DNA of 64,000 nt from the NCBI GenBank assembly GCA_043801965.1, contig JAZDLN010000033.1:5113-69112 (forward strand). The letters are read 5' to 3'. Numbering within the stretch: position 1 is the stretch's first letter; each line of letters starts with the position of its first letter. Of this stretch, positions 17,772 to 29,018 are shown piece after piece. Source of the DNA: Candidatus Falkowbacteria bacterium. Its GTDB lineage: Bacteria > Patescibacteriota > Patescibacteriia > Patescibacteriales > UBA12075. Both the position numbers and the translations under genes were made by a program. The notes beneath the pieces were generated by a model. It ran no database searches, was not told where the DNA came from, and saw only the letters and a list, made by a program, of their open reading frames with translations.

Positions 17772-18620
17772 ATGAATAAATGCGTTGTTTGCGGAGTGCA
17801 AAATAATAATAAAGCGATTTTCCGGGAAGACGGCATCGATATATTGCGCTGCCTGAATTGCGGCCATGTTTATTCTTCTTGCGACGCCCCGGAGGACGGT
17901 GCCGGTTATTTCGGCGCCGATATCGGCCTCCAGGATCATTTCTGGTGGCGCGAAGCGCATGAACGGATGTACCGGGATTTCGGCCGCCGTTTTCTCACGG
18001 GCAGAAGCGGGCGTTTACTCGACGTCGGCTGCGGCCTCGGGTATTTCGTGAAATTCGTTACCGAGCGGCCGGGATGGAAAGCGTATGGTTCCGAAATATC
18101 CGTTCCAGCGGCGGATTTCGCGCGAAAAGAATTGGGACTGGCCAATATAATCGCCGGAGAAGTCCAAAGCGCCGGGTTTGAAAAAAAATCATTCGACATA
18201 ATCACGCTTTGGGACGTGATCGAGCACGTTCCCGATCCCCATCCTCTTCTTAAATTTCTTAATTCGATCCTGAAAGACGACGGCGTTTTATTCATGCATA
18301 CGCCGAACATAAAAATCCAATTGCCGAAAGCCCGGATAAAAAAATGGCTTAGAGGCGAGACGCCGGGAGCGCATTATCTTGAAGCCAAAGATCATGTCAA
18401 TATTTATTCCGCCGGGACACTAAGCGCGATTTTGACCGCGAACGGCTATAAGGATATAAAATTCATCCATCTTCATCCGATCCAGAGTATCTCCGGAAGC
18501 CGGAGCGGTTTTTTAAGGGTCATAAAGAACGGTTGGTTTTACGCGGCGAAGCTGATCGGGTTTTTTACGGGAAATAGGGTTAATATGGATAATTTGTTCG
18601 TGGCGGCAAGAAAGTTTTAG
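17772..18620 (+). CDS. class I SAM methyltransferase with N-terminal zinc ribbon
   Basis: CVVCG...CLNCG, then LLDVGCGLGYF, FDIITLWDVIEHV and DDGVLFMHTP. Confidence 0.75.
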   Translation: MNKCVVCGVQNNNKAIFREDGIDILRCLNCGHVYSSCDAPEDGAGYFGADIGLQDHFWWREAHERMYRDFGRRFLTGRSGRLLDVGCGLGYFVKFVTERPGWKAYGSEISVPAADFARKELGLANIIAGEVQSAGFEKKSFDIITLWDVIEHVPDPHPLLKFLNSILKDDGVLFMHTPNIKIQLPKARIKKWLRGETPGAHYLEAKDHVNIYSAGTLSAILTANGYKDIKFIHLHPIQSISGSRSGFLRVIKNGWFYAAKLIGFFTGNRVNMDNLFVAARKF

Positions 18621-18686
18621 TATCTTGTATTTAGTATTTAGTATTTAGCAGGTCGGCAAAATACTAAATACAAGATACTAAATACT
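18619..18686. repeat. intergenic hairpin with tandem-heptamer arms (tatttag / ctaaata)
   Basis: agtatcttgtatttagtat (18619-18637) is the exact reverse complement of atactaaatacaagatact (18661-18679). The additional tatttag repeats allow register-shifted pairing. Confidence 0.8.
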
Positions 18687-18697
18687 GAGAAAAAAAT

Positions 18698-19486
18698 ATG
18701 TCATATATTATTTTAATTTTGATTTTTATTTTCGGTACCATGATCGGTTCTTTTTTAAATTGCCTGATTTGGCGCCTCCATAAGAAAGAAACGATTTTAG
18801 GCCGGTCTTATTGTCCTCATTGCCGGCAAAAGATCGCCTGGTACGACAATATCCCGATTTTAAGTTTTATGGTATTGCGCGGCCGCTGTCGTCATTGCCG
18901 CCAATCTATTTCCTGGCAATACCCAGTCGTTGAATTGATAACCGGCATTTTGTTCGTCATGTCTTTTAATGTAAATTTTCAATTTTCAGCTTACAGTCAA
19001 TATTCAATATCGGACGTTTTGTCTTTGATAAAATTTTGGTTTATATTGAGCGTCATGATCATAGTGTTCATTTATGATTTAAGATGGTATTTGATCCTGG
19101 ACATCGTAACTTTACCGGCTTGCGCTTTTGTTTTTTTGATCAATTTAGCGCTGGGAATGAACTGGCAGAATTTGCTTATTTCTGGTATAATAGGAGGTGG
19201 CTTCTTCCTTCTCCAATTTGCGGTTTCCAGGGGGCGCTGGATCGGCGGCGGAGATATCCGTTTGGGTCTTTTGATGGGGCTTTCGCTCGGCTGGCCGGGA
19301 ATCATAACCTCCCTGACCCTAGCCTACTTTATCGGCGCTTTTATCGGTCTGGGACTTATCGCGGCTGGAAAGAAGAAACTCGGTTCAAAGGTGCCGATGG
19401 GCGTGTTTTTGTCCGTCGCGGCCATAATCACTCTGTTTTGGGGAGAGGGAATAGTGGAATGGTATCTGGAAACGTTTTTATTTTAA
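18698..19486 (+). CDS. pilD: prepilin peptidase / N-methyltransferase (A24 family)
   Basis: 262 aa. It has the N-terminal CPHCRQ...CRHCRQ zinc motif and WYDNIPILSF. The catalytic Asp regions are IYDLRWYLILD and GGGDIRLGLLMG. Confidence 0.9.
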   Translation: MSYIILILIFIFGTMIGSFLNCLIWRLHKKETILGRSYCPHCRQKIAWYDNIPILSFMVLRGRCRHCRQSISWQYPVVELITGILFVMSFNVNFQFSAYSQYSISDVLSLIKFWFILSVMIIVFIYDLRWYLILDIVTLPACAFVFLINLALGMNWQNLLISGIIGGGFFLLQFAVSRGRWIGGGDIRLGLLMGLSLGWPGIITSLTLAYFIGAFIGLGLIAAGKKKLGSKVPMGVFLSVAAIITLFWGEGIVEWYLETFLF

Positions 19487-19487
19487 A

Positions 19488-19554
19488 AGTATATGGTATT
19501 TAGCGGCCGGTCACTGCTGTTTTGCTAAATACTTAATACTAAATACTTGATACT
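19488..19554. repeat. intergenic hairpin, same tatttag/ctaaata k-mer family
   Basis: gtatttagc (19496-19504) pairs with gctaaatac (19524-19532). The right arm continues as ttaatactaaatacttgatact. The loop is ggccggtcactgctgtttt. Confidence 0.65.
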
Positions 19555-19559
19555 ACTTG

Positions 19560-20150
19560 ATGAAAATCCATAAAAATTCTAAATTTTTCAATTGCGGCGG
19601 TTACACCCTGGTCGAACTTCTGGTTACAGCTTCGATCATGGCTTTGATGTCCGCCATGGCGGTGGCGAATTATAAAGATTACGGCCATTCCCGGAAATTG
19701 CAGATGGCCGCGCAGGTTCTGGCGAGCGATATCCGGATGGCGGCAAGCTATTCCTTGTCCCAAAAAAAATTCACCACCCTTCCGCCGCGGGGAGGATGGG
19801 GGATATATGCCCGCCGGCAAAATCCGAATAATATTTTCTATATTCTGTTCGCGGATTCGGTCGTCCCCGCGGATCACCGTTACGACGGCGCTGAATTTTT
19901 CCGCCAAATTGACCTTGGGGACGGAGTATTGATAGACAATATAATATTTTACAATGGCCTGGGAGCGGGCTCAAACGTGAATTCCGCCACGATAACGTTC
20001 GAACCGCCCCATCCGGTCGTCTGGATCTGCGATCAGTCCGGAGCGTGCAACGCCGCTAATCGCGGCAGCGAACTCGAAATCGTTTTATCCTTGGGTTCCG
20101 ACACCAGAACCGTAAAAGTTAACGCCTCGGGCATGGTTGATATAAATTAG
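19560..20150 (+). CDS. minor pilin / pseudopilin (FimT/GspH-like)
   Basis: Class III signal ...FFNCGG/YTLVELLVTASIMALM with E+5. ATG 19560 lies one codon after the track's TTG 19557. Confidence 0.75.
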   Translation: MKIHKNSKFFNCGGYTLVELLVTASIMALMSAMAVANYKDYGHSRKLQMAAQVLASDIRMAASYSLSQKKFTTLPPRGGWGIYARRQNPNNIFYILFADSVVPADHRYDGAEFFRQIDLGDGVLIDNIIFYNGLGAGSNVNSATITFEPPHPVVWICDQSGACNAANRGSELEIVLSLGSDTRTVKVNASGMVDIN

Positions 20151-20189
20151 GGCGGAGGCGGAAGACGGCCCTGTGTCAAAAATATAAAT

Positions 20190-20744
20190 ATGCTAGCGAA
20201 TGATTTGATTAAAAACAAAAGCGGCATGAGCATCGCCGAAGCGGTCATGGCGATCTTTGTCATAACGATCGGCCTTTTGGGCGTGTCTTCCCTGGCGATC
20301 CAGAATATCCAGATCAAGGGCGTAAACCGCAATTATCTGATCGCTTCGATGCTGGCCCAGGAAGGGATAGAATTGACCCGCAACATCCGCGATCAGAACT
20401 GGCTTAATATCCAAAACGACCCCACTGACCCTTCTTTGGCCTGGGACGACTGGATAACGGACGGTTCGGTCCCGCCCAATATGACGACCTTCGCGATCGA
20501 CCATACCAACACTTCCGCCAACCCGCCGGATCAGACCGTCAATAGTATCGCCGACGCCGGCGCCTTGCTTTACGTTAATGATACCAACCATTTTTATACC
20601 TATAATCCGGCCGGAGCGACCGCGAGCATTTTTCGCCGTCTGGTCTCGGTCCTTGATTATGGCGACTATTTGATCGTAACCGTCAATGTGGCGTGGCCCA
20701 AGGGGGACTACGTGGTGGAAACGTACCTCTATAATTGGAGATAA
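20190..20744 (+). CDS. minor pilin (PilV-like)
   Basis: ...KNKSG/MSIAEAVMAIFVITIGLLGV has G-1 and E+5. 184 aa. Confidence 0.7.
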   Translation: MLANDLIKNKSGMSIAEAVMAIFVITIGLLGVSSLAIQNIQIKGVNRNYLIASMLAQEGIELTRNIRDQNWLNIQNDPTDPSLAWDDWITDGSVPPNMTTFAIDHTNTSANPPDQTVNSIADAGALLYVNDTNHFYTYNPAGATASIFRRLVSVLDYGDYLIVTVNVAWPKGDYVVETYLYNWR

Positions 20745-20771
20745 ATTTAAGATCATAGCTTGACTGATATT

Positions 20772-21350
20772 ATGCTTAAAATCATAAATCTTAAAAATCA
20801 AGGAGGTTTGACCCTTATCGAGATCGTCGTGGCGACCGCTTTGTTTTCCATGGTGTCTTACGCCGCCGTGGCCACTTTTCAGGGCGTCATGAAAAGCCAG
20901 CGTTCCACGGTAATCTCCCAGAACGTGCAGGAATCCATGCGGTACGCCCTGGAGATCATGGGCAAGGAGATGCGGATGGCGCAAAAAAGAATATCGGGCG
21001 ATTGTATACTGTCCAACAATAACCGCATTTATGACACGAATGACGTTTCCGGCGTCGGCGATTCTTTGAGCTTCATCAACAGCCGGAAGGCCTGCGTCAC
21101 CTATTCCCTGGTCGGAGGACGATTAAGGATAAATCGTTTCGGCGAACCGTCTTCGTATTATATAACTCCGGATGACATCGTGATAAACGATCTGTCTTTC
21201 CGGGTGGTGGACGAGGGAGCGAACACAGTGCCGCCATCGGTCCATCCCCGCGTGACCATTACCCTGGAAGCGTCCATGGCCGGCGGCGCCGGCGTGCCCG
21301 CGGAGAATGTCCGGCTGGAGACCACTATTTCGGCCAGAAGCTACCAGTAG
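20772..21350 (+). CDS. minor pilin (PilW-like)
   Basis: MLKIINLKNQGG/LTLIEIVVATALFSMV. The track starts at TTG 20760; an in-frame ATG lies at 20772. Confidence 0.7.
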   Translation: MLKIINLKNQGGLTLIEIVVATALFSMVSYAAVATFQGVMKSQRSTVISQNVQESMRYALEIMGKEMRMAQKRISGDCILSNNNRIYDTNDVSGVGDSLSFINSRKACVTYSLVGGRLRINRFGEPSSYYITPDDIVINDLSFRVVDEGANTVPPSVHPRVTITLEASMAGGAGVPAENVRLETTISARSYQ

Positions 21351-21353
21351 TTT

Positions 21354-21440
21354 CAGTATTTAGTATCTAGTATTAAGTATTAAGCCTACGATTATCATGC
21401 CTGCGGCCGCTTGATACTTAATACTATATACTATAGTATT
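21354..21440. repeat. intergenic hairpin, tatttag/tattaag k-mer arms
   Basis: agtattaagtat (21369-21380) is the exact reverse complement of atacttaatact (21414-21425). The flanking taagc/gcttg extends the stem. The loop is ctacgattatcatgcctgcggcc. Confidence 0.7.
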
Positions 21441-21466
21441 GCGCATTATTGCGGGGAATTTAGGCT

Positions 21467-22693
21467 ATGAATAAATCCATAATAAATAAAATTCGCGCGG
21501 ATAAACGGGGGGCGACCGGCCTGATGCTGGCGCTTGTGATATTGACGGCGATTTTGTCGATCACTCTGGCGGCCAACGAGATCGTCAGGCACGGCGTATC
21601 GTTTTCCTGGCACCAGCTGCATTCCACCAAGGCTTATTACGCCTCCGAAGCCGGGATCGAGCAGATCCTTTTCGGCATCCGCAAGGAATACTTAAGATTC
21701 GACCAATGCGCCGGCACCGGCGACTGCGTGCAGTTTTCCGGCGCTGACATCGCCACTATCCCATCGACCGACAATATCGATTGCGACAATACCTGCCCGA
21801 ACGCCGGTGCCGTTAAAACCCTGTCCAACGGCGCTTCTTTTTACCTGGCTTACGCGAGCTCCACCTCGGCATATATAGCCACGAACACCGTCGTCTCTTT
21901 CGGAAGCTTTGACAGCTCCAACGACATAAATCGAGCGGTGCAGATAGTCTATTTAAAGCATTTCTGCGTCGGTCCGGAATGCGCCGCCACCGCCGACCGG
22001 TCCTGCCTTGATATCCGCACCAAGGCCTTGGCTGAAGGGCAACCGGTGCCTGATGATGGATATTACTGGATAAATCCTTTGGGTACTTTGGAATTCGAAG
22101 TTTATTGCGATATGTCCGGCGGCGGTTGGATAGAATTGGCCCCTTATAACGGCGTCCACGGCCACGGCCTTTATATGTGCAGTTATGACGCCGCGCAAAG
22201 CGCCACGGAATGCGGACTGCCCCTCGGCCCCGCTTCGCCGCACCCGGAAACCACCTGGGTGTATAATTCCAATACTACCATCGGCCAGACGATCGCGCCG
22301 GGACACGATACCAACGACTGCCAGAATAATTTTACCTGGCAATACGAATCCGGACCGGGAAATATCCTTACGGATGAAGCCGTGTACCAGATATCGCAGA
22401 TTATAACCGAAAAAAATTTCGATATTCATTCCGTTTCCTGCGACGACGATAATCGGGCGGCTGACCAAGGGCATTGGAACGGCTTCTTTGATCGCGGCGG
22501 CGCTGGCCCTTATTATAGCGATTGCTCGAGCGGAAACATGGCTTATTGCGACAGCATTGTCGGAAATATCTTCGATACCTGGCCCTTGCCGATCGACGTC
22601 TGCTGTTCAATAAACGAAGGCGGAGGCGGCAACAACGACCCCGGGGGAGGGGTTTTTATGGGATTCAGCCGGCCGGATCTGAGAGTGAGGTAA
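21467..22693 (+). CDS. PilX-like minor pilin with a large Cys-rich C-terminal region containing a fibrinogen-related-domain-like motif
   Basis: 408 aa. The PilX_N-like start is RGATGLMLALVILTAILSITLA. Residues ~179-222 read SCLDIRTKALAEGQPVPDDGYYWINPLGTLEFEVYCDMSGGGWIEL (nt 22004-22135). Confidence 0.6.
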   Translation: MNKSIINKIRADKRGATGLMLALVILTAILSITLAANEIVRHGVSFSWHQLHSTKAYYASEAGIEQILFGIRKEYLRFDQCAGTGDCVQFSGADIATIPSTDNIDCDNTCPNAGAVKTLSNGASFYLAYASSTSAYIATNTVVSFGSFDSSNDINRAVQIVYLKHFCVGPECAATADRSCLDIRTKALAEGQPVPDDGYYWINPLGTLEFEVYCDMSGGGWIELAPYNGVHGHGLYMCSYDAAQSATECGLPLGPASPHPETTWVYNSNTTIGQTIAPGHDTNDCQNNFTWQYESGPGNILTDEAVYQISQIITEKNFDIHSVSCDDDNRAADQGHWNGFFDRGGAGPYYSDCSSGNMAYCDSIVGNIFDTWPLPIDVCCSINEGGGGNNDPGGGVFMGFSRPDLRVR

Positions 22694-22697
22694 TATG

Positions 22698-25768
<3,071 letters not shown>

Positions 25769-25771
25769 GAT

Positions 25772-26056
25772 ATGCTTAATAAAAAAGACATACAACATAT
25801 AGCCGATCTGGCTCGCTTGGATTTAACTGAAGAAGAATTAGAAAAATACGGGGGACAGCTTACCCGGATCTTGGGATATATCGATCAATTGCAAGAAGTA
25901 AATACCGACGGGGTTGAGCCGGCCGCGGCCGCGACGGGCGAAAACGTCTGGCGGGAAGACGAAGTCACGGAATGGGACGAGAGAGAAGTAAAAGAAGCTT
26001 TAGGAGAGGCGCCGGAGCTGGAAGCAGGGCAGGTTAAGGTAAAAAGAGTTTTGTGA
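25772..26056 (+). CDS. gatC: Asp/Glu-tRNA(Asn/Gln) amidotransferase subunit C
   Basis: 94 aa. IQHIADLARLDLTEEELEKYGGQLTRILGYIDQLQEV is typical GatC. It lies immediately upstream of gatA. Confidence 0.9.
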   Translation: MLNKKDIQHIADLARLDLTEEELEKYGGQLTRILGYIDQLQEVNTDGVEPAAAATGENVWREDEVTEWDEREVKEALGEAPELEAGQVKVKRVL

Positions 26057-26153
26057 TTACAAATTCACAAATTAAATCACAAATGCACGAATATTTATAA
26101 AACATGTTGATCGGGTATTTGTGAATTCGTGATAAGATTTGTGTATTTGTAAT
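26056..26153. repeat. 'empty' copy of the ATTACAAAT...ATTTGTAAT element between gatC and gatA
   Basis: The left arm is attacaaattcacaaattaaatcacaaatgcacgaatattt (from 26056). The right arm is tatttgtgaattcgtgataagatttgtgtatttgtaat (26116-26153). The terminal AAT overlaps the gatA ATG (26152). Confidence 0.8.
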
Positions 26154-27612
26154 GAAATCAATGAAGTTAAATGAACTAACAATCAAAGAAGCCGGCGAAA
26201 AACTGCAAAGCAAAGAGATCACTTCGGTCGAATTGACGCGGGCCTGTTTGGCGCGGATAAAAGCGGTTGACGATAAAGTGAAAGCCTGCCTGGCGGTCTG
26301 TGAAGAAGAGGCGATCATATCGGCCGAAGAAGCCGATCGGCGGATCGCGCGGGGGGAATCAGGCGCTCTTTTAGGGATTCCGTATCTGGCCAAAGACAAT
26401 ATTATGACCCGGGGCGTTAAAACCACGGCCGCTTCGAAAATTCTGGCCGATTATACGGCGCCTTTTGACGCTACTGTAATAGAAAAACTTAAAAAAGCCG
26501 GGGCCGTTCTCCTGGGAAAGACCAATCTTGACGAATTCGCCCATGGCGCGTCGACGGAGAATAGCGCCTTCGGTCCGACTCATAACCCCTGGGACCTTGA
26601 CCGTGTGCCGGGGGGTTCTTCCGGCGGTTCGGCGGCGGCGGTAGCGGCGGACATGTGCCTTTTCGCTTTAGGCACCGATACGGGCGGGTCAATTCGCCAT
26701 CCGGCCGCTTTTTGCGGCGTGGCCGGTTTAAAGCCTTCTTACGGACGCGTCTCCCGGTTCGGTCTGATCGCCATGACCTCATCGACCGACGTACCGGGAC
26801 CTCTCGCTAAAACCGCGGAAGACGCGGAATTGGTTTTCAAGGTGATCGCCGGCCGGGATAAAAAAGATCCCACCACGGTTGATCCGGGGAAAGCGCGGGC
26901 AAAATCAATATCATCGCTTTCGGGCTTAAAGATCGGATTGCCTAAGGAATATTTTATCGAGGGTCTTGAGAAAGACGTAAAAGACGTTATCGAGGGAGCT
27001 AAAAAGAGATTCGCCGAATTGGGAGCGGAATTGGTCGAGGTCGGATTGCCGCACACAAAATACGCCGTGCCCGTTTATTATATAATCACGCCCTCGGAAG
27101 TAAGCTCTAATTTGGCCAGATTCGACGGCATCCGGTATGGATTTTCCGTTTCCGAAGCTACGGACCTGCGGGGGATATACGCGCAAAGCCGGGGCAGGGG
27201 GTTCGGACCGGAAGCGAAAAGGCGGGTTATGCTCGGCACTTACGCCTTGTCGGCCGGTTATTTCGACGCTTACTACCTTAAGGCGCAAAAGGTGCGGACC
27301 AAGATCAGGGAGGAGCTTGACCTGGCCCTTGATACCGTCGATTGCCTTTTAACTCCGGCCACGCCCCACGTCGCCTTTAAGATCGGCGCGCAATCGGATG
27401 ATCCTTTGAAGATGTACCTGGAAGATATTTTTATGGCCGGACCTTCGCTCGCCGGATTACCGGCTTTAGCGCTGCCGGCCGGGCAAGCGCGGGGATTGCC
27501 GGTAGGTCTGCAGTTGATCGGCCGGCGGTTCGACGAGGAATCCATTCTTGATATCGGACGGATTTATGAAGAAGCGGCGGGACGGACGATAGAGAAAGAA
27601 TTGGATCTATAG
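26152..27612 (+). CDS. gatA: Glu-tRNA(Gln) amidotransferase subunit A
   Basis: 486 aa with the amidase signature GGSSGGSAAAVAA and GTDTGGSIRHPAAFCG. An alternative ATG lies at 26161. Confidence 0.95.
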   Translation: MKSMKLNELTIKEAGEKLQSKEITSVELTRACLARIKAVDDKVKACLAVCEEEAIISAEEADRRIARGESGALLGIPYLAKDNIMTRGVKTTAASKILADYTAPFDATVIEKLKKAGAVLLGKTNLDEFAHGASTENSAFGPTHNPWDLDRVPGGSSGGSAAAVAADMCLFALGTDTGGSIRHPAAFCGVAGLKPSYGRVSRFGLIAMTSSTDVPGPLAKTAEDAELVFKVIAGRDKKDPTTVDPGKARAKSISSLSGLKIGLPKEYFIEGLEKDVKDVIEGAKKRFAELGAELVEVGLPHTKYAVPVYYIITPSEVSSNLARFDGIRYGFSVSEATDLRGIYAQSRGRGFGPEAKRRVMLGTYALSAGYFDAYYLKAQKVRTKIREELDLALDTVDCLLTPATPHVAFKIGAQSDDPLKMYLEDIFMAGPSLAGLPALALPAGQARGLPVGLQLIGRRFDEESILDIGRIYEEAAGRTIEKELDL

Positions 27613-27728
27613 CAAGGCTTAATAAAAAGTTAAAAATCAAAATGCAAAACAAAGCGCAGGGAGTTAAATATAGATTTTTCAAAAAATTATATAATAAATG
27701 ATTAATTAATAATTTTCACGTAAAAACT

Positions 27729-28511
27729 ATGTGGTTCCATAAAAAGAAGGATCAAAAAAAAGAAAACCGCAAATTTATCGCGGCCGTGGTTATTTTAATC
27801 CTGCTGATGGCGGTCTTATACGCCGCGCTGGTTTTAAACGGCCGGCAAGCGGCGCCAAGTAGTCAGTTGCCCGATGTTCCGGCGATTCCGGATGATGCCG
27901 CTATTATAACCGAGGCTAACCGGCAGGCGATTAAAGACGCCGAGCGGGCGGAATTCTTTAAAATCAGACCGATTGATTCGACCGATCATATTCAGGGAGA
28001 AGAGGGCGCGCCAGTGGAGATAATCGTTTACAGCGACTTTGAATGCGAATTCTGCGCCAATTTCAGCGATACGCTAAAGAAAGCCGAAGAAGAGTACGGC
28101 GAAAAGCTGGTGGTCGCTTACCGGCATTATCCTTTAAGGCTTAACCCTAATTCGGAAGCGGCCGCTATCGCCTCGGAGTGCGCGGCCGAACAGGGGAAGT
28201 TCTGGGAAATGCACGACAAGCTTTTTATGGATAATAAGAACAACAACATGGGTCCGGATCAATTCAAACAGGACGCGGCCGCGATTCAGCTCGACCGGGT
28301 CAAGTTCAACCAATGCCTTGATATGGAAAAATACAAGGATAAGATCTGGGCGCAATTCGCCGAAGGCAAGGATGCCGGAGTCGCGGGCACACCCAATAGT
28401 TTCATAAACGGAGAACCTGTTCCTGGCGACGTGCCGTTCGAAGATTTTACGGATAGCGCCGGGGTCGGAAGAAAGGGAATGAAATCGATAATCGAAAGAC
28501 ATTTGCTTTAG
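27729..28511 (+). CDS. membrane-anchored DsbA-like thiol:disulfide oxidoreductase
   Basis: 260 aa with an N-terminal TM. It has a thioredoxin-fold CxxC (YSDFECEFCANF) and the FINGEPVPG cis-Pro region. Confidence 0.8.
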   Translation: MWFHKKKDQKKENRKFIAAVVILILLMAVLYAALVLNGRQAAPSSQLPDVPAIPDDAAIITEANRQAIKDAERAEFFKIRPIDSTDHIQGEEGAPVEIIVYSDFECEFCANFSDTLKKAEEEYGEKLVVAYRHYPLRLNPNSEAAAIASECAAEQGKFWEMHDKLFMDNKNNNMGPDQFKQDAAAIQLDRVKFNQCLDMEKYKDKIWAQFAEGKDAGVAGTPNSFINGEPVPGDVPFEDFTDSAGVGRKGMKSIIERHLL

Positions 28512-28543
28512 TATAAGGTATCAAGTGTAAAGTATAAAGGGCA

Positions 28544-28571
28544 TTGCTTTTTTGCTCTGTTATTGTATAAT
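28544..28571 (+). promoter_or_regulatory. putative promoter upstream of the tRNA-like / GIY-YIG / tRNA-Ser region
   Basis: TTGCTT (28544-28549), a 16-nt spacer, then TATAAT (28566-28571) with TG at 28564-28565. Confidence 0.4.
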
Positions 28572-28619
28572 ACAAGATATTGACTGAAAGGAAGGTATTT
28601 ACCTAAAATACCACAAAAG

Positions 28620-28740
28620 GGAGAGTTCACCTAGCGGCCTATGGTACCTGCTTGGAAAGCAGGCGGGTTAACGCCCACGAGAGTTCGCCGGGCCATCCGA
28701 CCCGGCGCCCAGTCGGATGACTGGGCGAATCCCACTCGTT
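28620..28740 (+). pseudogene. decayed tRNA-Ser(GGA)-like sequence with a ~38-nt GC-rich hairpin in the T-loop
   Basis: The acceptor 5' half (ggagagt), D arm (acc/ggt), anticodon arm (cctgc ttGGAaa gcagg) and long variable arm all fold. After ttcg the T-loop is interrupted by ccgggccatccgacccggcgcccagtcggatgactggg (28688-28725), then cgaat. The 3' acceptor is only partly complementary and no CCA is present. Confidence 0.55.
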
Positions 28741-28745
28741 TGCTT

Positions 28746-29006
28746 ATGCATTATGTTTATATATTACTTTTAAGGGACGAGTTGTTATATAAAGGAAGCA
28801 CGGGCAATCTTAGAAGAAGATTAAAGGAGCATGAATCAGGAAAGGTGGAATCAACAAAGAATAAAAAGCCTATTCAGTTGATTCATTACGAATGTTATAA
28901 ATTAAAAAGTGATGCCAAAAGAAGAGAAAAATATTTAAAAACCACTGAAGGTAGATATTTTTTGAAGCAACAAATAAAAGATTTTTTAAAAACAATTAAC
29001 ATGTAA
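28746..29006 (+). CDS. small GIY-YIG nuclease family protein (YhbQ/Slx1-like mini form)
   Basis: 86 aa. MHYVYILLLRDELLYKGSTGNLRRRLKEHESGK...REKYLK matches GIY-YIG motifs. The track ORF from 28641 merely reads through the tRNA-like sequence. Confidence 0.8.
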   Translation: MHYVYILLLRDELLYKGSTGNLRRRLKEHESGKVESTKNKKPIQLIHYECYKLKSDAKRREKYLKTTEGRYFLKQQIKDFLKTINM

Positions 29007-29018
29007 GCAAAGACTTAC

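Noticed and set aside
20193-20984. 263-aa ORF on the minus strand, antisense to the PilV-like and PilW-like genes. Similar long antisense ORFs occur at 264..683, 7552..7977, 8111..8497, 21953..22474 and 39238..39792.
   Set aside because: All lie opposite strongly supported genes in the GC-richer part of the window. They have Arg/Gly/His-rich low-complexity translations and no recognisable motifs. These are typical stop-poor antisense frames, not genes.
27613-27728. Absence of gatB after gatC-gatA.
   Set aside because: gatB is frequently unlinked from gatCA in bacteria. Nothing in the spacer suggests a lost gene.
28641-28745. N-terminal extension of the GIY-YIG ORF (the track start is 28641).
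   Set aside because: The extension is a translation of the tRNA-like sequence and its GC hairpin. The GIY-YIG domain starts at the ATG at 28746 (MHYVYIL), the normal start for this mini family.
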